NCBI GenBank assembly: GCA_043803945.1
Contig: JAZDJN010000012.1
Span: forward strand, 32,001-96,000
Direction: 5' to 3'
DNA length: 64,000 bases
Origin: a bacterium
GTDB taxonomy: Bacteria > Bacteroidota > Ignavibacteria > UBA10030
The notes beneath the pieces are model-generated. The model was not told the DNA's origin and made no database searches. It worked only from the letters and a program-made list of their open reading frames with translations. Below, piece after piece: positions 28,142 to 37,778 of this stretch. The first letter of the stretch is position 1, and each line of letters opens with the position of its first letter. A program made the position numbers and the translations under genes.

Positions 28142-28912
28142 ATGCACAAACGCATCCAACGATTTGCAGTGGCACACATTTATCATCGAATTAAGCCCTT
28201 CATAAAGAGCGCTCGATTGTTGCTCCGGGGAATATTCTATCTCGGAACAACCTATCACTGTCCATGTTGTGGATGGAGTGTCAGAATATTCCTTCCGGGA
28301 GGAGACCAACGACGGCCCAATGCTCAGTGTCCACGCTGCGCTTCATTGGAGCGGCATCGTTTACTCTGGCTCTTTTTAAAGAACAGAACAAATCTGTTTT
28401 CTGCGAAACTCAAGGTTTTACACATTGCTCCTGAACCGGTATTCCAGCGAATATTTCAATCATCAGAATTGAACCTTGAGTATCTGAGCGCCGACCTTCA
28501 CAATCCTCTGGCGATGATGAATATCGATATCACCACCATCCCCTTCGCAAACGCGACCTTCGATGTCATTCTTGCCAACCACGTCCTGGAACATGTCGTG
28601 GACGACCGAAAAGCCATGAAGGAACTATACCGGGTGTTGCGGAATACTGGATGGGCAATTATTCAATCACCTATCGACGAAGGGCGGCAATCAACATTTG
28701 AAGACCCCGCAATTACCTCGCCCAACGAACGTGCGAGAATCTTTGGCCAATCGGACCATGTGCGGATCTACGGGCGGGATTATTCGAAGCGTCTTGAAGA
28801 AGCAGGATTTATCGTAACCGTTATCGACGTTGCGGCTGAGATCGGCGAGAACGAGGCGAGGCGGTTTGGGTTGTTGAAGGAAGAAAAGATTTTTCTCTGT
28901 TCCTGCAGGTAG
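28142..28912 (+). CDS. Class I SAM-dependent methyltransferase with N-terminal Zn ribbon
   Basis: CPCC...CPRCASLERHR, LHIAPE, NHVLEHV.DD and FGQSDHVRIYG motifs. Start approximate. Confidence 0.88.
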   Translation: MHKRIQRFAVAHIYHRIKPFIKSARLLLRGIFYLGTTYHCPCCGWSVRIFLPGGDQRRPNAQCPRCASLERHRLLWLFLKNRTNLFSAKLKVLHIAPEPVFQRIFQSSELNLEYLSADLHNPLAMMNIDITTIPFANATFDVILANHVLEHVVDDRKAMKELYRVLRNTGWAIIQSPIDEGRQSTFEDPAITSPNERARIFGQSDHVRIYGRDYSKRLEEAGFIVTVIDVAAEIGENEARRFGLLKEEKIFLCSCR

Positions 28913-29032
28913 AGACTCTTTCACGTTCTCTTTCCCAAAGATATCCTTCTCGTTCTGCATCAGATAACTCTCGCTGTGCGCCTATCGGACGCTCATCAAG
29001 CAGTTGTAGGCCAAGCACAAAGAAACGAGAGA

Positions 29033-29710
29033 TCACTTCAGAGCATTTCGTAAACCCGTGCCATGAAAGAGCTGCTCAATTGAGGCAAGCCCCGACTTAA
29101 GTTCTTCGCGGGGGAGGTTCCCTCGTTCAAGTTCCTCATCAGTTTTTACCGCCAATCGATTATAGAATTTCTTTGCCTCGTCATAATACGAGGCGTCCAT
29201 GCCGAGAAGCTGGAACAGGGTATCCTCTGCCCTGGCAAATTGCCCTTGCAGTTCATAGTAACGAACAAGGCGCCATTGCAGATCGGCAGGCAGTTCAAAC
29301 TCAGCAAGTGAGGTGATCAGTTGGGAAACACGAAGAGAGATCTCTTTTGGTAGAGTATCGCGAAATTCCGAATGTAATTCCAAATACAATGTCAGCGACC
29401 GGATCAATCCGCGGACCCCTTCTGCCTCATGCTGTTGCAGCATGGCAACCTCTCCCCGCTCCCTCAGCAACTCTGCCATGAGAAGACATTTTTCAATATC
29501 AAACCGATCACTTAACCTCAGCAACCGGATAAGCTCGTCTGTCGAGAGAGCATCGAGAAATGCCGGATCGGCACCCAGTAATAATTTCCCGGCGGCCGTC
29601 ATATCCCGTTGGGCTTCATCGTAGCGTTTGTTCTCTTTATGAAGCAGCACCTTTGAGAGCACACGCGCAAGGTCGTTGATTATTCTGAGAATGTAATCTC
29701 GTTCTATCAT
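29033..29710 (-). CDS. DUF6483-like helical protein
   Basis: MIERDYILR.I..L...L start, YYE..G.FA.AED.LF, and L..GNLPREE. Confidence 0.75.
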   Translation of the reverse strand: MIERDYILRIINDLARVLSKVLLHKENKRYDEAQRDMTAAGKLLLGADPAFLDALSTDELIRLLRLSDRFDIEKCLLMAELLRERGEVAMLQQHEAEGVRGLIRSLTLYLELHSEFRDTLPKEISLRVSQLITSLAEFELPADLQWRLVRYYELQGQFARAEDTLFQLLGMDASYYDEAKKFYNRLAVKTDEELERGNLPREELKSGLASIEQLFHGTGLRNALK

Positions 29711-29895
29711 AGAATCGTTCTTTCCATCATCATACAGAAAGTAGCGACAGTTGAGACAAAATCCAAAGCTCCGAGCATCATACACCTATCTTTTTGTTTC
29801 AAATCTCGAAACTTCTACCGATCATGAGTAAGTTGCTAACAGCAGCATCATGACATACTGTTGGCTGAATCCAGCAAAGAACAATATTCCATAGA

Positions 29896-30552
29896 ATGAA
29901 AATTCTCGCTTTTTCCGATATTCACGGCGCACATCAGAGAGTGTTTGAACTTGCTTCGGCAGAATGCCCCTTCGATGCTATGATTATTGCGGGTGATATC
30001 ACGACCCATGGAACTCCCAGACAAGCTTTGGATGCCATCGAACAATTTCAGTCACTGGGGAAACCTCTCTTCGTCGTGACGGGTAATATGGATCCTGTGG
30101 ATATTGGACGACGCATTCAGGATCACGGTAGTTCCATTGATGGAAATGGAATCGTCTGGAACGACGTTGGATTCTTTGGTGTAGGCGGCTCACCATTTAC
30201 TCCAATGCATACGCCCAATGAATTGCCGGAAGAAGAGATCACCCGTCGATGCGAAGAGGGATGGAATAAGGTGAATGATGCACGATGGAAAATATTTGTA
30301 CCCCATGCTCCGCCGTACAAGACTACAATCGACAGAATTATGACCGGAAACCATGTTGGAAGTACTGCCATCCGGATATGCATCGAACAGCACCAGCCTC
30401 ACGCTGTCGTGTGCGGACATATTCACGAAGCGCGAGGAACCGACCGCCTGGGAACAAGCCAGATGGTCAACTGCGGCCCGGCAGGATCGGGATCATACGC
30501 CGTAATCCGGATTGAAGACACACTGACGATTGAACTTCGAGGAGGTTATTGA
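29896..30552 (+). CDS. Calcineurin-like metallophosphoesterase
   Basis: SDIHG, AGDIT, GNMD, HAPP, CGHIHE. Confidence 0.95.
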   Translation: MKILAFSDIHGAHQRVFELASAECPFDAMIIAGDITTHGTPRQALDAIEQFQSLGKPLFVVTGNMDPVDIGRRIQDHGSSIDGNGIVWNDVGFFGVGGSPFTPMHTPNELPEEEITRRCEEGWNKVNDARWKIFVPHAPPYKTTIDRIMTGNHVGSTAIRICIEQHQPHAVVCGHIHEARGTDRLGTSQMVNCGPAGSGSYAVIRIEDTLTIELRGGY

Positions 30553-31157
30553 TGAGTGTCGGTTTTATCGGCCTTGGTATTATGGGAACTCCGATGGCCG
30601 CACGCTTTTTGAACAGTGGCAATACTCTCGTTGTCTCTAACCGGACCCGCGCAAAAGCAGAAGCATTGATTACTTGTGGATCTCAATGGTGTACAACTTC
30701 TTCGGATGTTGCAAGGCAATGTGAGGTTGTTTTCACCATGGTTTCAACTCCCGATGCCCTGCGGCATGTCGCTCTAGGGTCAGAGGGAATCCTTTCCGGT
30801 TTCACTTCCGGTGGAATTCACGTCGACACCAGCACAGTCTCGCCGATGCTGACCGAAGAGCTGGAGACAGTGTATCAGAAGAATGGTTGTTCATTTCTTC
30901 ACGCGCCGGTCCTTGGCAGCATACCACAGGCCACAGAGGGCACTCTGCTTCTTTTTGTAGGCGGGAACAACAAGGCTTATCTACGCGTTCAGCCATTGCT
31001 TCAACTCCTCAGTCAGAAGATCTGGCGTTTTGAGCAAGCCTCCCAGGCTTCCCATATGAAGCTGTTGTGCAATTCCTTTATTGCCGGGATGATTACGACA
31101 CTCGCTCAAGCTATCGTCTATTCACTTGAACAACGACAGAACCAGGGAGCAGTATGA
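30549..31157 (+). pseudogene. 3-hydroxyisobutyrate dehydrogenase-family oxidoreductase lacking most of its C-terminal domain
   Basis: GFIGLGIMG, DTSTVSP, APVLGS and KL..N are present, but the ORF stops about 30 aa after the catalytic Lys (202 aa). Confidence 0.6.
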
Positions 31158-31798
31158 ATAAACCCGTAGTTGTTATCTTCGACCTCGGCAATGTTTTAGT
31201 CCACATTCACCCTGAGTGCTTTCTTCAGTCGCTTGGTATCGATTCGCCTGAGAACCGCCGCTATTTCCAACCCTTTGTCATTGAGGCAGTTCAACGCTAC
31301 GAACGTGGTGAAGAAACAACGGGCCAATACCTGGAACGAATTTCTCAACTTGTCAATATTCAGGCAAGAGAACATCAGCCATCACTCTCATTGCCAAAAC
31401 ATCTTTTCACGCGTGAGCAGCTTGTCCAGGCCATGAAGAGCATCATAGGGGATCCCATTCAAGAAATGGAACAACTTGTCCACAGCGTCGCGAAGAATTA
31501 TCAAACCGCTCTTCTGAGCAACACCAATCCTCTCCATTACGATCATTGTCTTGAACACCTCCCTGTGCTCCATCAAATTCCCCAGCACATTCTTTCATAC
31601 AAGTTCCATTGCCTCAAACCTGGTTCACTCATTTTCGAAAAAGCTGCTCAATATCTCCACGCCGACCCGTCCGAGATCCTTTTCATCGATGATGCAGCAG
31701 AGAATGTTCGCGGGGCCGCTGAAATAGGCTATCGATTCATCCAGTTTCAGGGAAAGGATGCGTTGGAGTCCAAATTGAGAATCCTTGAAATCCTGTAA
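31154..31798 (+). CDS. HAD-superfamily phosphatase (YihX-like)
   Basis: FDLGNVL, LLSNTN, KP...IF, FIDD..ENV. Confidence 0.93.
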   Translation: MNKPVVVIFDLGNVLVHIHPECFLQSLGIDSPENRRYFQPFVIEAVQRYERGEETTGQYLERISQLVNIQAREHQPSLSLPKHLFTREQLVQAMKSIIGDPIQEMEQLVHSVAKNYQTALLSNTNPLHYDHCLEHLPVLHQIPQHILSYKFHCLKPGSLIFEKAAQYLHADPSEILFIDDAAENVRGAAEIGYRFIQFQGKDALESKLRILEIL

Positions 31799-31928
31799 AA
31801 ATCGATATCGACGAATCTTCGGAGTTCGTCATATCAAAGTGGGGAAATCTTCTGCCTAACGATTTTGGTGATATAAAGCACTGAAAACGACGAATTTAAA
31901 AAACCCTTATTTTCCAAGCATTTTTTAC

Positions 31929-31990
31929 TTGACTTTGTAACGCGATTCCATAACTTTCCATGCCGTGTGGGGAAAAGTGGGGAATCTGGG
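31929..31990 (+). promoter_or_regulatory. dcw promoter with MraZ-binding repeats
   Basis: TTGACT-16-TAACTT, followed by TGGG repeats at 31968, 31978 and 31987. Confidence 0.75.
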
Positions 31991-32039
31991 AGAGCAATTT
32001 CCTCGATATTTCAAGGGTCATATTTAGAAGGCACTTCTT

Positions 32040-32489
32040 ATGTCGTCATTCAAGGGTCGTTATTCATATTCCGTCGATAATAAAGGGCGGATTGCGCTGC
32101 CGGCAAAATTACGGAAAAATGTGTCTCCGGAAGCGAATGAGACATTTATCATCACCCGCGGGTTTGAACAGTGCCTTTTTGTTTATCCTCAAGATGAATG
32201 GAATAAAGTTGAGGAATCCATTCGCCGCCTCTCCTCGACAAACCCCCAACATCGTTTCTTTATTCGTACGCTGCTTCAATGGGCTACAGAATCTCAATTG
32301 GACAATCAGGCCCGCCTTTCCGTTCAGCAGGAGCTTCTGAAGTTCGCCGGTATCGAAAATGAGGTGATCATTCTCGGCGTCCTTGAACGGATTGAGATCT
32401 GGAATCCAAAAGTCTACGAAGCGTATATGAATAATCAGTTGGCAACCTATGAGACTGTTGCCGAAACGATTTTAAAACCGATTCAATAA
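32040..32489 (+). CDS. mraZ: Transcriptional regulator MraZ
   Basis: DNKGRIALP, RGFEQCL, DNQARL, IEIW. Confidence 0.97.
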   Translation: MSSFKGRYSYSVDNKGRIALPAKLRKNVSPEANETFIITRGFEQCLFVYPQDEWNKVEESIRRLSSTNPQHRFFIRTLLQWATESQLDNQARLSVQQELLKFAGIENEVIILGVLERIEIWNPKVYEAYMNNQLATYETVAETILKPIQ

Positions 32490-32499
32490 CCTGAGTGGT

Positions 32500-33438
32500 A
32501 TGACTGGGCGTTCAACGCAGTACCATACGCCGGTCCTCAGTAACGAAGTTCTCTCGTACTTGCTCACTTCACCGGGTGGAGTCTATGTTGACGCCACGCT
32601 TGGTGGCGGAGGTCATACGGAAGCGATACTGGCTCATTGTTCCTCAACTGCAACAGTTATAGGAATCGATGCAGACCAGGATGCTCTCCGGTTTGCCTCC
32701 GAACGATTACAGCGCTATGGAAATCGATTCCAGGCCATTGCAGGAAATTACGGGAGATGCGGAGAACTTCTCAAGGCTGTGGGACTGAGTTCTGTATCAG
32801 GATTTCTTTTTGATCTTGGAGTATCCTCGTTCCAGCTTGATGAACCATCGAAGGGTTTTAGTTATCGTGAACATGCACCGCTCGACTTGCGAATGGACGC
32901 AACACAACCACTTGACGGACGATCGGTTGTCAATAATTACTCAGAACATGAACTTGCAACGCTGCTCTGGCAGTACGGCGAAGAACGGGCTTCACGGCGA
33001 ATTGCACGGGCAATCGTCAGAAAGCGGGAGCAGGGGTCGATTCAGTCAACAACGCAGCTCGTTACTCTTGTCAAAGCAAGTGTTGGAGAGCAACACCTTG
33101 TGAAATCGCTCGCACGCGTATTTCAGGCGCTGCGAATTGAAGTGAATAACGAACTGGAGAATCTCAAGCTTGGATTGGCCGGAGCTCTGGCTCTGCTCAC
33201 AAGCGGCGGAAGGATCGTTGTGATTTCGTATCACTCCCTTGAGGATCGAATTGTTAAAGAGGCATTCAAACACGCGGCAGCGAAAATAAAACCGTCAGGA
33301 CATAAGCTTGTGCCCGACGAGATTCTTCAACCAACGGTAATGATCGTAACAAAAAAACCGATCGAACCGTCAGTAGAAGAAATCCGGATTAATCCTCGTG
33401 CGCGAAGTGCAAAATTACGGGCGGCAGAAAAGATCTAA
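32500..33438 (+). CDS. rsmH: 16S rRNA m4C1402 methyltransferase
   Basis: HTPVL, DATLGGGGH, DLGVSS.QLD, SYHSLEDRIVK, NPRARSAKLR. Confidence 0.98.
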   Translation: MTGRSTQYHTPVLSNEVLSYLLTSPGGVYVDATLGGGGHTEAILAHCSSTATVIGIDADQDALRFASERLQRYGNRFQAIAGNYGRCGELLKAVGLSSVSGFLFDLGVSSFQLDEPSKGFSYREHAPLDLRMDATQPLDGRSVVNNYSEHELATLLWQYGEERASRRIARAIVRKREQGSIQSTTQLVTLVKASVGEQHLVKSLARVFQALRIEVNNELENLKLGLAGALALLTSGGRIVVISYHSLEDRIVKEAFKHAAAKIKPSGHKLVPDEILQPTVMIVTKKPIEPSVEEIRINPRARSAKLRAAEKI

Positions 33439-33462
33439 GCGTGACATTCCAATATTCAAGTG

Positions 33463-33496
33463 CAGAGCAATGCAACATCCGTGCTGCATTGCTCTG
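33463..33496. repeat. Intergenic REP-like hairpin
   Basis: cagagcaatgca-N10-tgcattgctctg. Confidence 0.6.
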
Positions 33497-33537
33497 ACTG
33501 ACTCATTATCCGGGTAACGGCAAATTCAAATAAAGGT

Positions 33538-34071
33538 ATGATGGCCAAGGGAAACAAAATGGGTGCAGAGATCCTTGCAGAGCGGGCAATGGAACCGGAG
33601 GTTCCTTCCCCCGGACAAGGAGCAAGCCGGCCTCGGCCTTCTTTTTCACAGGATGAGCCTGCTGAACGCCGAATTTATGGAGGCACGATGCCTAAGCCAC
33701 CTGAATCAGAAGGGATGCAGGACCGGCAACAGCCATCACAGAACCGAAGGGTGGCAAACCGGAAAGTTTCTACGTTCAACATCATTTTAATGTTAATGGG
33801 TACAGCAATACTGACAGTACTCTACGTTGGCAATATTATTGCGGTTGATCAATTGACGAAGGAAATCGGAGTACAACAGGCAGCGCTGACAAAAATCCTC
33901 AATGAGCAGGAACTGTTGAAGGCAAAAATAAGCCAGATGTCGAGTCTGGAGCGGGTGCGTACACGAGCCGCCGATGAAATCGGCCTGCGGGATCCGAAGG
34001 AACCGCCTCGGTGGATTTCTGTCGATTCAGAAAAAATCCGAACATTGAAAGAAAATTCAAAACGAGACTAG
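33538..34071 (+). CDS. ftsL: Cell division protein FtsL-like
   Basis: Lies between rsmH and ftsI. Single TM, coiled coil and SSLERV...A...IGL..P motif. Confidence 0.8.
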   Translation: MMAKGNKMGAEILAERAMEPEVPSPGQGASRPRPSFSQDEPAERRIYGGTMPKPPESEGMQDRQQPSQNRRVANRKVSTFNIILMLMGTAILTVLYVGNIIAVDQLTKEIGVQQAALTKILNEQELLKAKISQMSSLERVRTRAADEIGLRDPKEPPRWISVDSEKIRTLKENSKRD

Positions 34072-36269
34072 TGACCGAACCAAAGAACATACCGTTTCAG
34101 GAATCGGAATTACCAAACGAGAGTGCACGGAAACAATTCGGCCGGCGATTTATTGTGGTGAAGCTCTTCCTTGCCCTGGTCTTCTTGATCATCACGGCCC
34201 GGCTGGTTCAAATCCAGATTATCGATTCGGCAGACTATCAGGCAAAGGCCCGGCGGCAGTATGAACAAAAGGTCATTCTGAAAGCGGTCCGTGGAAATAT
34301 CTTCGACCGCTCTCATAATGTCCTTGTCTCGAATTCAATGTTTGTCTCATTTGCTGCCGATCCGAAAAATATCGAGGATGAAGAGAACTATATCGCCAAT
34401 AAATTCTCACAGATCTTCGGAAAACCCCGCTCGGCCTACCTTCCCCGTTTGAACGCAACAACAGCATCGGGCGCTCCAAAGCGGTTTGTGTGGCTTGAAC
34501 GGCAGGTGCCTTCCGAAAAAGCGAAAAAGATCCAATCCTACACACTTCCCGGTGTCGTTGCCTTGAACGAGCCAAAACGCCTCTACCATTTCAACGAAGT
34601 GGCGGGAACCATCATCGGGTTTACCGATATCGATGATAGAGGGATCTCAGGCATTGAGCTTCAAGTCGATGAATACCTGAAAGGGAAAGACGGTTTCATC
34701 GTCATGCAGCGTGATGGTCTCGGCCGAGCACGGCCATCGGTCGATTACCCGCGGCTGGAACCGGTTGACGGCAACGATGTGGAACTGACGATCGATCTCG
34801 GATACCAGTCAATTGTAGAGAACGAGCTACTGAAGGGCGTTCAGAAGAATAACGCCGATGCCGGACTTGCCGTAATGCTCAATCCAAAAACAGGCGAAAT
34901 TTTGGCGATGGCCAATGTCCCCGGGATTGATCCGAATTCATTTGATAAATTAAACTTCAATGCCGCACGCAACCGCGTTGTCACAGATATGTTTGAACCC
35001 GGATCGGTGTTCAAAGTGGCAACAGCCTCTGCTGCTCTTGAACATAACCTGTTCCCGTTCGACAAGCGATTCTATGCGGAACGAGGTGAGTACATCGTTC
35101 CCATGAGCCAGAACCGAACACGATCGATTAAAGATACCCACGAGTACGAATGGCTCTCGTTCGAAGAGGCTATTGTTGTCTCAAGCAACATCGTGATGGC
35201 TAAGGCAAGCGGCGTGATCGGTTCGGAACGGTTATACAGGCAGGCAAGGAATTTCGGGTTCGGAATACTGACCGGTGTTGATCTTCCCGGAGAAGTACGG
35301 GGTATTTTGAAAAGGCCCAATGAGTGGTCCGGAACAACATTAATGACACTCTCCTACGGATACGAAGTAGGCGTTACACCGTTACAGATCGCATGTGCCT
35401 ATGCAGCAGTAGCAAACAACGGTGTGCTGATGAGGCCGTACATTGTTTCAGCAATTCGGAATCGCCTCGGAGAAGAGGTTATGGTGCAACAACCTCAGAA
35501 GATCCGGACAGTGATTTCTCCTGCCACGGCAGAGTTGTTGACACGGGCGTTTGAGGGCGTGGTCGAGCGGGGCACGGCAAAGGATGCACGGATTGAAGGA
35601 ATGCGGATTGCAGGTAAGACGGGAACCTCGCGCAAAGTAATCGATGGACATTATGGCAGCGGCGAGTACACTACTTCCTTCGTCGGATTTTTTCCTGCGG
35701 AGAATCCGCAAATCGTTTGCCTCGTGATGATGGATAATCCAAAAAGCGGGAGCTACTACGGCGGACTGACGAGCGCACCGGTGTTTCGTGCGATTGCGGA
35801 ACGCATCATTAATACAACCGGACACTTCACAAAGACTCCCCAATCGCAAGGTCAACCCACTCCGCAAAATGGCATTCGTGTTCCCGATGTTCGAACACTC
35901 CATATTACGATCGCAAGTAAAATTTTAGAGGTTGAGGGGCTGAAAGCGGAATCGATTGGCAAGGGAGAAATTGTTGTTCGCCAGGTCCCGGAACCGGGCC
36001 AGCGCCTCGAACAGGGTGATGTCGTTCAACTCGTGGCCAAGGATGACACAGAAAGAAAACAGGATGGGTTGGTCTTGATTCCAGAGCTCAGAGGCATGAG
36101 CCTTCGGCGTGCGATCAACCGACTGGTGGTTGAAAATCTTGATATGAAAGTACGCGGTTCAGGTGTTGTGGTGGATCAATCTCCGGCAGCAGGCCAGAAG
36201 GTTGCCCCCGGTACCACAGTTCAAATTCTCTGTGAGCCCAAAACCAGCGTCTCTGCAGTATTGTATTAG
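34071..36269 (+). CDS. ftsI: Class B PBP (FtsI) with two PASTA domains
   Basis: RGNIFDR, EPGSVFK, SSN and KTGT motifs, plus VPDV/IPEL PASTA repeats. GTG start inferred. Confidence 0.95.
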   Translation: MTEPKNIPFQESELPNESARKQFGRRFIVVKLFLALVFLIITARLVQIQIIDSADYQAKARRQYEQKVILKAVRGNIFDRSHNVLVSNSMFVSFAADPKNIEDEENYIANKFSQIFGKPRSAYLPRLNATTASGAPKRFVWLERQVPSEKAKKIQSYTLPGVVALNEPKRLYHFNEVAGTIIGFTDIDDRGISGIELQVDEYLKGKDGFIVMQRDGLGRARPSVDYPRLEPVDGNDVELTIDLGYQSIVENELLKGVQKNNADAGLAVMLNPKTGEILAMANVPGIDPNSFDKLNFNAARNRVVTDMFEPGSVFKVATASAALEHNLFPFDKRFYAERGEYIVPMSQNRTRSIKDTHEYEWLSFEEAIVVSSNIVMAKASGVIGSERLYRQARNFGFGILTGVDLPGEVRGILKRPNEWSGTTLMTLSYGYEVGVTPLQIACAYAAVANNGVLMRPYIVSAIRNRLGEEVMVQQPQKIRTVISPATAELLTRAFEGVVERGTAKDARIEGMRIAGKTGTSRKVIDGHYGSGEYTTSFVGFFPAENPQIVCLVMMDNPKSGSYYGGLTSAPVFRAIAERIINTTGHFTKTPQSQGQPTPQNGIRVPDVRTLHITIASKILEVEGLKAESIGKGEIVVRQVPEPGQRLEQGDVVQLVAKDDTERKQDGLVLIPELRGMSLRRAINRLVVENLDMKVRGSGVVVDQSPAAGQKVAPGTTVQILCEPKTSVSAVLY

Positions 36270-36275
36270 GTGGAT

Positions 36276-37778
36276 ATGAAGCTCGCTCAACTGCTTGAAG
36301 GAATTCCGGTGACAAAGTTTTTCCATACACACTACGGAAGATTTGTGCCGACACAGGATGTTGAGATTCATCAACTTCAGTATGACTCACGCAAGGTGGA
36401 GAAGGAAGATTGTTTCATTGCGATCCGCGGCACAGGTGCTGACGGGCATCACTACATTGGAACAGCCATTGAACGTGGCGCCAAGGTGATCGTCCTCGAA
36501 AACGATCAGGTGCTGCCAGACTCGTACTTCATGCATGCCGGAGTCGCCAAAGTCGTGGTGCCTGATTCACGCAAAGCACTTGCCCTGATGGCGGCAACGT
36601 ATTACGGTCATCCATCGCGCAAATTAACCATGGTAGGCGTTACCGGCACAAACGGAAAAACAACAACATCGCATATCATCAAATCGATTTGCGAGGCGGC
36701 GGGGAACAAAGTCGGATTGATCGGCACAATCGAATATATGATCGGGAATGAGCGCAGACCGGCAACTCATACAACACCGGAATCGCTCGAACTGCAATCA
36801 TTGCTCGCACAAATGGTGGAACGTGGGTGCACCACCGTGTCGATGGAAGTATCATCGCATGCACTGCATCAATCCCGCGTTCATGGTGTTGAATATACGA
36901 CCGCTGTTTTCACCAATCTGACGCAGGACCACCTTGATTACCATGGATCGATGGAAGAGTATTACAGAACAAAAAACATACTCTTTGAGAGTTTATCCCC
37001 TGCCGCAAGCGCAGTGATCAATATTGATGACCCCTGGAGTTCCCGATTCCTCACATCGACCAGGGCAAGGGCTGTACGATTCGGCAGCACTCCCAACGCA
37101 TCGGTCTATCCAACAGACATAGAACTCTCCATCAACGGGACAAACCTTATCATTCATTACGAGGGAGGATCCATCGCACTTGCCTCATCCCTTGTTGGCC
37201 GGTTTAATGTTTCGAATATTCTTGCTTCCTTTTCGGCGGGATATTCACTTGGCTTTTCGGCGGAGACGATAAAGCACGGAATTGAACAGGTGAAGAATGT
37301 CCGTGGTAGATTTGAGCGTGTGGCATCACCGGCGGGATGGTCGGCAATCATCGACTATGCGCATACACCCGATGCACTGGAAAAATGCCTCATGACGCTT
37401 CACGATGTCCTTCCCTCCGATCATCGGGGAACGATTATTACTGTCTTCGGCGCAGGCGGCGATCGCGACAAAACAAAACGTCCGTTGATGGGCACTGTGG
37501 CCAGCCGATTGAGTGATCTAACCATTGTCACTTCAGATAATCCGCGCACAGAGAACCCGGAGCAAATAATTGATGATGTTATCAGGGGCGTTGTTCCGTC
37601 TGCACAGGTTCTGCGGGTGACAGACCGGCGAAACGCTATTCAGCGCGCGATTCAACTGGCACACCCCAGTGACACAATTCTGATCGCAGGCAAAGGGCAC
37701 GAAGAGTATCAGGTGATCGGCAAAGAAAAACTTCACTTCAGTGACCGGGAAGTGGTTGAGGAGTTGATGCACAGATGA
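36276..37778 (+). CDS. murE: UDP-MurNAc-tripeptide synthetase (meso-DAP type)
   Basis: GTNGKTT, HTTPES, MEVSSH, DYAHTPDA, DNPR, AGKGHE. Confidence 0.98.
   Translation: MKLAQLLEGIPVTKFFHTHYGRFVPTQDVEIHQLQYDSRKVEKEDCFIAIRGTGADGHHYIGTAIERGAKVIVLENDQVLPDSYFMHAGVAKVVVPDSRKALALMAATYYGHPSRKLTMVGVTGTNGKTTTSHIIKSICEAAGNKVGLIGTIEYMIGNERRPATHTTPESLELQSLLAQMVERGCTTVSMEVSSHALHQSRVHGVEYTTAVFTNLTQDHLDYHGSMEEYYRTKNILFESLSPAASAVINIDDPWSSRFLTSTRARAVRFGSTPNASVYPTDIELSINGTNLIIHYEGGSIALASSLVGRFNVSNILASFSAGYSLGFSAETIKHGIEQVKNVRGRFERVASPAGWSAIIDYAHTPDALEKCLMTLHDVLPSDHRGTIITVFGAGGDRDKTKRPLMGTVASRLSDLTIVTSDNPRTENPEQIIDDVIRGVVPSAQVLRVTDRRNAIQRAIQLAHPSDTILIAGKGHEEYQVIGKEKLHFSDREVVEELMHR

Noticed and set aside
32010-32060. 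Direct repeat ttcaagggtc before and inside the mraZ start
   Set aside because: Only 10 bp with no supporting structure, so it may be chance.
33538-33770. Long Pro-rich N-terminus of FtsL as a novel domain
   Set aside because: Disordered cytoplasmic tails of variable length are common in FtsL, and the start codon is uncertain.
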